From Eledone cirrhosa (lineage: Eukaryota), in NCBI GenBank assembly GCA_964016885.1, contig OZ024741.1:168020001-168084000 (forward strand): DNA of 64,000 bases, given 5' to 3'. Of this stretch, positions 53,076 to 64,000 are shown piece after piece (the stretch's first letter is position 1; every line of letters starts with the position of its first letter). The position numbers and the translations under genes were made by a program. The notes below the pieces were generated by a model. The model saw nothing but the letters and a program-made list of their open reading frames with translations. It was not told where the DNA came from and ran no database searches.

Positions 53076-54019
53076 AGTATCAATAGAGATCTGTTAAAGA
53101 TTGCCAAATAGTCCCCTCTTTAGCACAGTAATTGATGTCTTGAGAGATTTAACTGTTATTCCTAGCATTTTAAGTGACTGCATAGAGGAATAGAGATGCC
53201 CACCTCCTGAATTGACAGCAGATTACTACAAGTTAATACACAGAGCAGAAAATAAACTTCCAAGGACATTTTTGTTGGAAACATAATCATATATTTAAAC
53301 AAACCTAAATATACAATATCCTCATTTTATTGAAGTTATGAATCTTAAGTAAATACTTGTGAAAAAACAATCAGGAATTGAAATTGAAGCTGGAGATTTG
53401 CTAGTGTTTTACTTATTGTTTTATGGTATTTATATTAAAAGGATCTATCACAGCAGATTATAATTAATTCTCACATATTTACAATTATTTTATTGAAGGA
53501 TTTTCAATTAAAAGTGAATTTATTTTATAACTTTAATATATTTTTTAATAAAATTAATTATAAATGTCGTGTTATTAAACTTGAACTCTAACACATTGAT
53601 ACATATAGCAGTAAAAAAAAATTCTGGGAGAAATCTTTACTTGAAACATAAGCCTATATTGAAACAAATTTAAACATAGGATGTCGACAATTTATTCTAG
53701 CTCTAAATCTTAAATAAATAATTGCTGTAAAAGACAACAACCAAGAATGGAAATAGGAACAAAAAGCTGGAAAGTTGCCAGATTTCTTTTATGGTATTTG
53801 ACTCAAAATGATAAATTGCTCAACATTACAATTAATTTTCATGTTTTTGTTTTTACTGGTTTCAGTGATTCCACTGCGAACACCTCTCTGATTTTTAATC
53901 AATCATATTGACCATAGTATATATTTTTGCAAGTCTGATACCTATTTTATTGATCCCTTTTTTTGTTGAACTGCTAAATTGCAAGTGGTAAACACAGACA
54001 GAGTCGGACCTCAACATTT

Positions 54020-54520
54020 CCATTTAACATCTATGGTCTGTGCTTGCATGGGTTATTCAGGCTGTCATATAAAGATGCTAGATCATCAAATGACCACATC
54101 TGGCTAGTACATTCCATATTTTGGTTTTGTTTCTATGGCTGGATGCCTTTTCTAACATCAACTGCTTTAAAATTAAGAGCATTTTATTGTGACTCTCACA
54201 CTACCATCTTCAGGGTTGACAGGATGTTTTTTGTTGTGCTTTGTTTTAACTTGGTTTCTTTAGCTGAATTCCCTTCCTAATAGCAACCAATTTATAGCAT
54301 ATACTTTGAGCATGGTTTCTATGGATGGATGCCCTTCCTAATACAAATCACCTTATAGAGTTGACTAGAACCATTTTATCATGACTCCAGCACTGCTACC
54401 TTACAGAGAAACCTGACTGCTCTTCATTGTGGCACCAGCACAATCACCTTAGAAGGTGGACTAGATGCTTTTGTATTAGCACCAGCCCTATTTCATTACA
54501 GCACTAGGGTGCTGAATGTA
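54020..54520 (-). mobile_element. Degenerate RTE-type 3' UTR / SINE tail subunits
   Basis: TTTCTATGGCTGGATGCCTTTCTAA-like motif twice, plus subunit remnants. Confidence 0.6.
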
Positions 54521-54683
54521 CATGGTTATGCTAGAGTGGGTGGGAAGTCGAGGCCTGGGTATTGGCATTACATTCCTGGGGGGGTGGGGAAGGTTATGGT
54601 GGTACCAAACTTCTCTAGGTGGCCTAAAATATATATATATGAAACTAATAAGACTTTGTGTTTTTGAAACTCTGTGTTAGTCT

Positions 54684-54714
<31 letters not shown>

Positions 54715-54715
<1 letters not shown>

Positions 54716-54835
54716 TAGAAAAATGTTAGACCCCGATGGCAGAGCTCAAGCTATTTCGACGGCTATTTCTGGACTGTCCAGAAATAGCCGTCGAAATGTC
54801 TTGAGCTCTGCCATCAGGGTCTAACATTTTCCTAT
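54715..54835. repeat. Near-perfect 121-bp palindrome
   Basis: 60-bp arms, 1-nt spacer at 54775, 4 mismatches. Confidence 0.97.
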
Positions 54836-54936
54836 TACCCTAAGTAACTCTACTACCCTAAGTATTGAGTACTCTGGTGCATTATGGTCCATCTGGTTCC
54901 TTACCACACCTCCGTTTTTTTTTGTTTTTTTTCAGT

Positions 54937-55151
54937 CGATCGACTTTCGTCAAATCGGACTGAGGAAACAATGTTTCCATTGGTCTTTCCAATTGCTAAT
55001 GCTATCTATCGGTCGCAACTCCAGGTAGAAGGAGCAACGTGAAATAAAGTGTCTTGCTCAAGGACATAACGCATCGCCCGGTTCGGGAATCGAACTCACG
55101 ACCTCACGATTGTGAATCCAATTCTCTAACCACTCAGCCACGCGCCTCCAC
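54937..55151 (-). mobile_element. tRNA-derived SINE: CORE-type head plus structured tail module, intact A/B boxes
   Basis: Minus strand reads TGGAGGCGCGTGGCTGAGTGG...GAGTTCGATTCC...TCCTTGAGCAAGACACTT. Confidence 0.92.
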
Positions 55152-55292
55152 TAGTTTTATATATATATATATATATAATATTGGGTATGAATCAAAGTTG
55201 TAGCTGCCATATAGCAGCTACTAATTGAGTTGTTTGAGGTAATCACAAAGCATTCAATGGATATATAATCTAAACATTATATATATATATAA

Positions 55293-55478
55293 TGGTGGAT
55301 TGGCAGTATCGGTAGACGGTCGGACGCCATGCTTTCCAGCATAGTTACGTCCCTTTACGATCTGAGTTCAAATCCCGCCAAGGTTGACTTTGCCTTTCAT
55401 CCTTACGGGGTCGACAAAATAAAGTACCAGTAATGAACTGGGTAATTGCTGGCCTTGTGCCTAAAGTAGAAACAATTA
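55293..55478 (+). mobile_element. SINE subfamily A
   Basis: Near-complete copy in an (AT)n context. Confidence 0.92.
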
Positions 55479-55494
55479 TATATATATATTACTG

Positions 55495-55743
55495 GTGTAT
55501 TACTGGTACTTTATTTTATCGACCCTGTAAGGATGAAAGGCAAAGTTAACCTCGGCGGGATTTGAACTCAGAATGGCAAGGGCCGTAACTCTATGCTTTG
55601 CAGCAAAGAGTTACAGCCCTTGCCATTCTGAGTTCAAATCCCGCCGAGGTTAACTTTGTCTTTCATCCTTACGGGGTCGATAAAATAAAGTACCAGTAAT
55701 ACACTGGGTAATTGCTGGCCTTGTGCCGAAAGTAGAAACAATT
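55495..55743. mobile_element. Fold-back (head-to-head) SINE subfamily A
   Basis: 55495-55704 is a 210-bp palindrome. The right arm continues to the normal tail. Confidence 0.93.
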
Positions 55744-55774
55744 ATATATATATATATATATATATATTGTACTG

Positions 55775-55910
55775 TCAGCTAGCTCTCCTCTTCATAGTCA
55801 TCATGAATAAGATTGACATGTGCACCCAAGTTGGAAGTGGTATCATGACTGGCAGTGGCAGATGTGGAATCAGTTGACTGGAATTTGCAGATGACATGAT
55901 ACTATACAAG
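55775..55910 (+). mobile_element. RTE RT fragment
   Basis: LLFIVIMNKID...LEFADDMIL, with one stop. Confidence 0.7.
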
Positions 55911-58900
55911 TTGTTCTCCAACACACACTTAGAAAGCTGTTGTCTAGTTAAAAAGATGGTGGAAAGGTTATCACAGTACCTTAGCTTAATGATTAAAGCT
56001 TCTAGCCAGTATCTGGGAGATATGGGGTTCAATTTCTTATAGTGGCCGATGGCAACATTTTTCCATCTTTTAAGCGTCTTCACTCCATTTTGTAGCATCT
56101 ATGTGCTTGAGCACATCATCCTTTATATATATATATATATCATCATCATCATCATCATCATCATCGTTTAACGTCCATCTTCCATGAGTGGGCCTCTGCA
56201 GTTTTTGTTCACCAAATTCCACTCACAAGGTATTGGTTAACATGAGGCTAGGTGCCATGCAGCAGACTGAACCTTAGTACCACATAGTTGTAAAGTGAAC
56301 TACTTAACCACACAGTCATGCCTGTGTATTTAAATATTTACAAATTTGTTAAAGGCTTTTCAATTAAAAGTGAACCTATTTTAAAATTAAATTTTAATAT
56401 ATTTTAGAAAATTAGACGCGAACATTTTCATTCTATCTTATCAGAAATCAGGAAGAAAAAAAGCATAAAATAAACGATCTTAAATATCTTCAGATTTTTT
56501 AGAAACGATTATTTTCTTGACAGATTCTCTGGACATTTTATTATTTATTATTTAATTATTACACTCATTTTATTATTTAATTATTACACTCATAGAATAT
56601 TTTCTAATTAATCTTTAGAAACATCTAATACAAACTGGGAAATGTGCATTAGATGAATTAATGGTTTGCATAAGAGAAACTCTATAGTTTATGTTGATTA
56701 CCGAGATGTGGAAGTAATTAAATAGAAGAATATTTTAATAATTTATTTCTTAGATATTGTTCAGCATATATGTACAAATGTAGGGCTAGAACTCAGAGCC
56801 TTTTGATTCGAAAGTGAACTTCTTATTGAAACAACATGACTGAGATATGAAATGCATTGTGTGTATGCATGCTTGTTTGTGTGGGTAAATTTTAAAGAGT
56901 TACATATTTAACATTTATTGAAGCACTAGGATTATTTGATTTGAAATTTGAAATCCAATAATAGAAAATATCCGAAACAACAGTCAATCACTACAAATGA
57001 TAATAACATTTAGAAAATCGGGTTACATACCCTGAGGGACAGAAGAGAATTGCTAACAGCTATTATGTATTATAGTTGATTCCTCAAAATTGTGGCATAC
57101 TCTTTTGTTTTAGGTTTTAATCAAAATTATCCTCGTTTAGAACTGATTAATCTTTTATAGAATGGTGTTCAAGATGTGTGGATGAGTTAGATTTGATTCA
57201 AATTGAGTTTAGACTATTGTAGAAAAGCTTAGGCAACAAATTGGCAGAGTAATTAGGTCATCAGATTAAATGCTTTGGTATTTGTTCTTGCTCACTGTAC
57301 TGTCAGCTCAAATCCCACTGAGGTAAAATTTGTTTTTTATCCTTTCAAGTGTCGATAAATAAAGTAACAGTCTAACAGGGGTGGTGGCTTGGTAGAAATG
57401 ATAAAGAGTTTGAGGGGATGCTTTGTGGTATCTGATCCAGCTCTACACATTCTGAGTTCAAATCTCACTTCATCTGCTAACTAGCAGATATTATTAACTT
57501 GCAGTAGAAGTAGTGGCAAATTACAATATAAACAACCATTAGATGAAGTTAAGGCTTTGTTCAAGGGATTAGATGAAACACAACAACTACTGCCACCACC
57601 ACCAACAAAAACAACAGTAGTAATGATAACTGAAAGTGAACTGTTTATGCTTAGAGAAGAATGGGTACTTAATATTTTTAACAATGTACTTGAAATTTTG
57701 AACTTAGTTCATGAACCTTCAGTTCCACCTTTATGAACCCCAGATAGGGAACCAGTGAGCTAACTAACCTATGGCACAAAAGTTGCTGATTGTATATGTA
57801 TTTTATCATCTGGTTGATATTCAACCTGTGTCAATTATATCTTTAAATCGGTTATGTTGTCTTAACTATTCATGATTCAATACCAAACCACATGAAACTT
57901 TCCTTGGCTCTATGATACAGAATACTTTGTTTTAAAGTGTTTATATTTATCTAAAAACCTCCCATCATAATTCTAAGTAAATATTTATATCATGTTGTGT
58001 TCCAAACACTGGCATAATAATGAAAAGTTAATTATTTTATTAAATGCCTCCAAATTATTGTTATTTCAAAACATTAGTAGAAATATGGTAATTAAAATGT
58101 TAAGCCTGTTATTAAACAAGTTAAGAGAATGTTTAAAATAATGGATTCGTTGGCAAAGAAAAGATTGACACAATGTTGTGTTGAACAATTAGAGAGTAGC
58201 ATATCATTTGTAAGATGTTAGTTTAGAGTGAATTCAATTTCTCATTTGTTTTACTTCATATAGAATATCTTCTTGGTGGTGATTTCCATAACATAGTAAT
58301 ATCTACTTCTATAACAACCTGGCTTTTATGATAGTTGAATATTTAATTAATTGTACAGCTTATTGGTGATCATTTATGTAAATATCTTTAATCTCACTGT
58401 GAAGAAATGTTGGCACTTACAACATAAATTATAAAAGAAAAACATGAGATGAATATTTGAACTTTACAATTTCCACGTTAATTAAAATCTTAATTATATT
58501 GGTATGGAAATATAATTTCCTCTCACAAATATGCATAACAGTTTTCACATAGGTATAAATATATATATTGAAACAAAACTCAACACGTTGGTAGGGTGAT
58601 GTATAATTTATTTAATACAGATGCATTTCAAAATGTGCATTAAGCACGAACCTCCTCACTCTTTTGTCATTAGTATAGCCTCACAGCTATAATAAAATAT
58701 ATTATAATGAATATATATAAAATTTAGATGATTCACAAGTTGAAGCAGTGTGTTATTGTATTGTATCGATGTAGCTTTCAGTCTTGAACTCTAATATTTA
58801 TATGAACTCTAATATTTGTATGGACAATATCTGCAATAGATTCTTATTGACTGTAGGGAGAGAAGATTCCCTCAACTACTTAAATAATTAAAAAAATACA

Positions 58901-59944
58901 TATATACGAGTCATATTAGAAATACCATTGAAATAAGAATCTAACAAAGTAAATGGTGTTTTAAAAGGAAAGTAATCTATGAGGTCGAAATCGTTTCTCC
59001 TAAGGTAGCACTCGAAACCATAACATAAAGAAACAAGCAGCTGAGTAATTTAAATGTGTTCTATAATTAAAATGGTGTCCCTGATCACCAATTTTAGATG
59101 TTAACACCAAACAAATTAGCTGATTTGCCAGGGAAATTGCTTCACACTTATAATTACTTTTTAGGTTATTATAGTATTTGTAATATATTTTTTATGTTAT
59201 TATAGTAAATTTGTAATATATTTTTATGCTATTATATTGTTTGTAATGTATTTTGAAGTAACTCTCAATCAACGATTTTCTTTTTTCCATACATAATGAA
59301 CAAACCATAAAAAACATCTTATTAAGAAAAATAATTCCTGTTAACATGACACATGCTGTTACTTTGTTCATTTAATATGTATACTGATGAACAAGGAAAA
59401 GCCAGGAGATTTAATTTGAATGAAGCTGACATTTTCTTGTAGCAATCTATTCTGTCACATAAAAACGTAATTACACCTGCTACATTTCTATGTAAACCAT
59501 ACATATCATCTAATTTACACAGAATCAAACTATGGCTTTGACAATTAATGAATATTTACAATAATAAAGTTAAACATTAACATGGCATGGATTTCCTTTA
59601 CATTTATATATTTGTTTTTTTTAATATTATTTATTAAGGTGGCAAATTAGCAAAGTCATTAGGATGCTCTGAGTTCACATCCTGCTAAGTTCAACTTTGC
59701 TTTGTGGTGCCTTATGAAGAGTTTGTGTCTCGTAATGAATTGTTTCAATTTCATGTATGTTGAATTGGCAAAGTAGATAGAATGTTAAATTAAATAGCTC
59801 AGCGTCTGTTCCAGCTCACTGCACTCTGAGTTTAAATCCAGCTGCTGTCAACTTTACCTTTCATTCTTCATGCTTAAGGTAAGTAAAAATACTTGAAAAA
59901 GAAATTAAGTTTACTTCTATTATATTATATTTTTACAGGTGACC

Positions 59945-60450
59945 TGTTTGAGGTTGATCAAGCCTCAGCTTGTGTCCAAATGGCCTACATACCACTGACC
60001 CCACTGGTCATTTCTCTTTAGCCATAGCTATCTAGATGCCTTCTCTGCTGCTTCCAAATTATTCCTGATGGCTCTTCTGTTTGCTCCTATATTGACTAGA
60101 GTTTCATAGAGTTTGCAAGCCCTTGGCTACCAACATCAAATGGCATGTATCTGGTCTTTCAATAACTCTTGGTACTTCGTTCTCTTCCTCCCCTGGTCTC
60201 CTCCATCTTCTTCTCCCAGGTAATAGTTAACTATAGTAGAATGAGCTGTCTTGTCATCTTGGAAACCAAGATGATGTTTGGTTTTAACATGAACTGAATT
60301 TTCAGCTGCCTTTCTAGGTCGTCAACACCCTATCTTGTGCTGTGGCAAGCAAACCAGCCAAGCAGTTCTTGGATCTTCTCTTCAGTCATTTACTCTCCTT
60401 AATAAAGATGATCTTTCTAACTGCATATGTTGCCTTCAGACAATGACATT
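59945..60450 (-). mobile_element. Degenerate LINE (RTE-like) 3' fragment
   Basis: Minus-strand RRPGRKRTKYQELLKD-like C-terminal motif. Heavily mutated. Confidence 0.45.
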
Positions 60451-60994
60451 GATTTATAACACTATTTATCTGGTGAAATAGGGCAAGCATTTTATAGCAT
60501 AAAGTTGTATTCTGCCGTTGTTATCTAAGTTCTTATCATTTAATAAATAATATCAATTTTGGAATTCTATTGCAAACATTCCAATTTTAGAATGTAATAA
60601 ATCATTGACATCTGTATCAAAGCTATTTTGGATAATTTTGATATAATAACTCAAGTAATAAATAAAAATGTTATTTCAAATCTGTTTTCCTTTTTGTATC
60701 TGCAGAATTTGATCAGTTTAAATTAAGTTTAAAATATTGTGAAAGTCAATTTCAAGCTATTTTATGGGAGAATATATCCAATTTGTGAAATGGGAAATAA
60801 TATCTGGATACAAAACCTTCGAAGTTTGTGTTTTGATGATGGTAACTCTAATATTTTTGCTTTTGGAAGAGTTGTTAAGGCGTTGTATTAAAAAGTATTT
60901 GTTCTGGCTCACTCCTCTCCGAGTTCAAATACTGCCAAGATTAACTTTCCTTTCATTCTTTTGGGATTGATAAATGAAGTACCAATCCAGGAGT

Positions 60995-61170
60995 ACCGGA
61001 TTGCCGGAATTGCTAAAGAATCGAATGGGATGCTTTGAGGTATCTAAATCTGATTTGGCTACATGCATTCTGAGTTGAAATCCTGCCTTCTTCTGCCAGG
61101 AGTTGCAGTTGGCAGATAGTATCAGCAATGGAAAGACAAATGAAAACATTGTTTTGATCTAATCTGACAA
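60995..61170 (+). mobile_element. Degenerate SINE: Meta-type head plus structured tail module
   Basis: TTCTGAGTTGAAATCCTGCC followed by TTCTGCCAGGAGTTGCAG...CAGCAATGGAAAGACAAATGAAAACATTGTTT. Confidence 0.65.
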
Positions 61171-61253
61171 TTAGTACTTTTCTACCTTTCCTTTCATATA
61201 TTGAGTAATTCAAAATTGTTAGAGATTTTAGTTACTCTAAATTATGGTGACCC

Positions 61254-61502
61254 TTACACCTGGCTGTTAGCTCAAAGATATGATACATCTGGCTATTATA
61301 TACTTTGCTTTTAGATTACTCAATGCTATAATACACCAGGCTGTTAGCTCAAAGCTATATATAATACATCTGTCTATTAGATACCTTACTTTTAGATTGT
61401 TCAACGCTATAATATACCTGGCTGTTTGATTATCCAAAGCTAAAATACACCTGGCTGTTCAATAATTCAAAGCTATAGTGCATCTGGCTATTAGATTGTT
61501 CA
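61254..61502. repeat. Degenerate minisatellite built on TACAYCTGGCTRTTAG
   Basis: About 7 imperfect copies with variable spacing. Confidence 0.75.
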
Positions 61503-62214
61503 ACACAGATGAAGAATTGACAAGCTTAAAAAACCCCAACAGTGATTGGAAAAATTTCACTTTATAACAAATGCTAAGCTATGACACACGATTTCAAACT
61601 GAATAAAATATAACTCAGTGATTTCATAAAGTAACCAGATTGAAATAAATATTGTTTGACATGATTGATTAAAACCCTTCAAGGTGGTATCCCAGCATAT
61701 CCTCAGTCCAGCAACTGGGACCAGCAAAGGAATAAAGAATATACAATACTCAGATGTGTTTATGTCTGCAGTAGACCTCCGTAATTTCTGTCAATGAGTG
61801 TCAAGTTGTTTGATCAACAGAACAGAACAGTCTGCTAAAACAATCTCAATGAGATTCTGCATGACAAGACTGACCATTTGAATTACTGGTATGACTGATT
61901 TTTGTCAGCTAAGTGGACTGGAGCAATGTGAAATATAATGTTTTGTTTGGCGATATAATGCACTGCCAGGGATCGATCTTATGACCTACGCAGACATAGA
62001 GATATTATAATTGAAAACACTTTGCAACCATGCTGTGCCAAACTATAGGTTTTTCTTTATTATTCTCTTTCATTTGAGAGGCTGAGGCCATTTTTGAGAA
62101 TGAAGAGAAACAATTGTAGAAGGGAAGCAAATGTATATTTGACTGGTTTTGGATGTCAGCATAATATGTGAAGACCAGTTTAACTCTTATCATCATATAC
62201 TGCAGCAAACCACT

Positions 62215-62632
62215 TTAGCAAGACGTTCTTAAAAAGTATAAAACAACACTTAACAATTTAAGGTCTTTACTCTAATACTGAAAACTTTCAAAGTGATCTG
62301 CTTGCTAGGGAAAATTCTATAAGCATTAAATTAACAAACTACATGAAATCACATTAGCAAGATATCCTTGAAAAATACAAAATACCATTATGACTGCATT
62401 TCCTTAAAAATTAGTCTTTACTCTAATACTGCAAAATTTCACAACAATGAAAGATGCTGTAAACATTGATATTAACAAATCACATGAAATCATATTAGCA
62501 AGACATTCTTGAAAAATATAAAACAACCTAATGACTCCACACCACATTAACAATATAAGTATTTATTCAAATATTGCAAATTTTACAATCTGTCCAGTAG
62601 TAAAGATACTTTACACAATTGAATTAATAAAC
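62215..62632. repeat. Tandem repeat of about 140 bp, 3 diverged copies
   Basis: TTAGCAAGA anchors near 62216, 62354 and 62495. TCTTTACTCTAATACTG recurs. Confidence 0.85.
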
Positions 62633-62902
62633 CTGTTTTTAAATATATGCTGTGAAATCCTTGCAGAACTTACCAATTCAATGTTTAGTGCTGTGAGTGT
62701 TCACTCAAGTCTATCTACACACACAAGTGAAAATTTATAGAAACACACATACATACATACACACACACAGTTTTAATGTTTTGGATTCTTTTTTTATTTA
62801 TAAATTTATAGTTAAGAAATTATAGACGAATGTATATTTGTGCGAAAGGAAATAAAAGTATGTGTTTACACATACATACATAGTCATGCATACATACATA
62901 CA

Positions 62903-64000
62903 TTCTGCCATAAAACCCATTCTCCTTTCTGCTCAGGAAATCTGAAGGATACGTAATTGGCTCACAAGAAAACAGAAATATAAATCTAACCCATAGTTTC
63001 TTTGTGGATGACCTGAAACTCAATGCCAAGAACATAAGTGGGATGAAGAAAAATCTTGATCTGGTTACGACGTTCTCAAAGGATATAGGAATGGAGTTTG
63101 GCCAGGATAAATGTTCATATATGATTGTAAAGCGGGGAAAAACTACAACCCAATCTAGCAACATTTTAATCAATAGCCTGTCTCACCGATATCTGTCTCA
63201 CCGATATCTGACGAGAACTGCTATAGATACCTGGTGATAGATAGGAATATATCCTATGATGGTATCTGTAACAAAGAATGCATAAGCAAGGGATATTACA
63301 CCTGATTAAGAAAAATATGGTCATCTGAAATCTCTGCACACAATAAAACAGTGGCTCACAATGTGTTTGCAGAGCCTGTCCTAACACCAACATTTGGAAT
63401 ACTCAATTGGATGATAGACGATAGACAATATAATGATATGGGACAGGGAAAAGAAGGCATGCACAGTAATGGAAGTCAACTGCCCAGCAGATGCCAATAT
63501 AATATTAAAGATTAGTGTATAGGAGAATATCTATGCAGAACTAATGAAGAATCTGCAGATACTCCACCCTTACTATAATACTTTCAGATTTATACCTGTG
63601 ATTATTGGAGACCTGGGATATGTTAATAACTGCCTCAGTACAAATCTTGAGAAGCTAGGCATCACAGAAACAGAAGGAACACGACTAGTTAGGAAATTAC
63701 AGAGTACAATCCTTTAAAGGAATAGTAAAAACATGTAAAACATTCCAAAAATTTTGCATCTAATAACTGCATGTACACATGTACAGATACAAAATACATG
63801 CATATGCACACATATAATTAAAACTATATACATCCACTTGTACAATAATATCCATACCTGCACACACATGCAGACATGCATACATATCTACCTAGTTGAT
63901 GTTGTCTAAATTCCAATGAAAGTGTCTTGTATCTATGTTAGAAACTGACTCTCTCTCTATTGGTAAACATTTATAAAATTATAAAACCAGAAGAACATAC
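62903..64000 (+). mobile_element. R4/Dong-like retrotransposon 3' part (RT end, internal deletion, RLE-like end, 3' UTR)
   Basis: FFVDDLKLNAKN...FSKDIGMEFGQDKC, YRYL, MEVNCPADANI, FIPVIIGDLG. The 3' UTR matches 9075-9391. Confidence 0.82.

Noticed and set aside
55075-55151. Apparent tRNA gene
   Set aside because: It is a SINE head running directly into a CORE-like body, with no proper acceptor stem evident.
58264-58295. EYLLGGDF resembling a kinase subdomain V micro-exon
   Set aside because: Too short, weak donor, and no other kinase exons found.
60707-60790. Possible terminal exon EFDQFKLSLKYCESQFQAILWENISNL
   Set aside because: Only an acceptor site supports it; no recognisable homology.

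Overview
AT-rich, repeat-saturated eukaryotic DNA, most likely an intron or intergenic region of an octopus or other cephalopod. That assignment is inferred from composition, (AT)n/(GAT)n/(AGT)n tracts and the SINE/LINE complement. No host protein-coding exon can be supported. The recognisable ORFs are transposon-derived; most of the rest are microsatellite read-through or antisense shadows. Contents: two young inverted RTE LINE copies with a PHD-type zinc finger inside the RT, older RTE fragments, several Penelope-like relics with degenerate hammerhead-like motifs, R4/Dong-like fragments, a CR1-type LINE, a Tx1-like ORF1 relic, a deleted maT (DD37D) transposon, a 77-bp MITE, a decayed hAT, two related solo-LTR-like sequences and many tRNA-derived SINEs. 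The most interesting signals are mechanistic: SINEs inserting into the tails or TSDs of earlier retroelements (one triple TSD), fold-back palindromes arising at native RNA hairpins, a structured 3' module shared by two SINE head types, covarying stem-loop arrays in the RTE/SINE 3' UTR, and (TACA)n-flanked R4-like copies. I found no clearly new biological system. Boundaries of degenerate elements are approximate and were read by eye.
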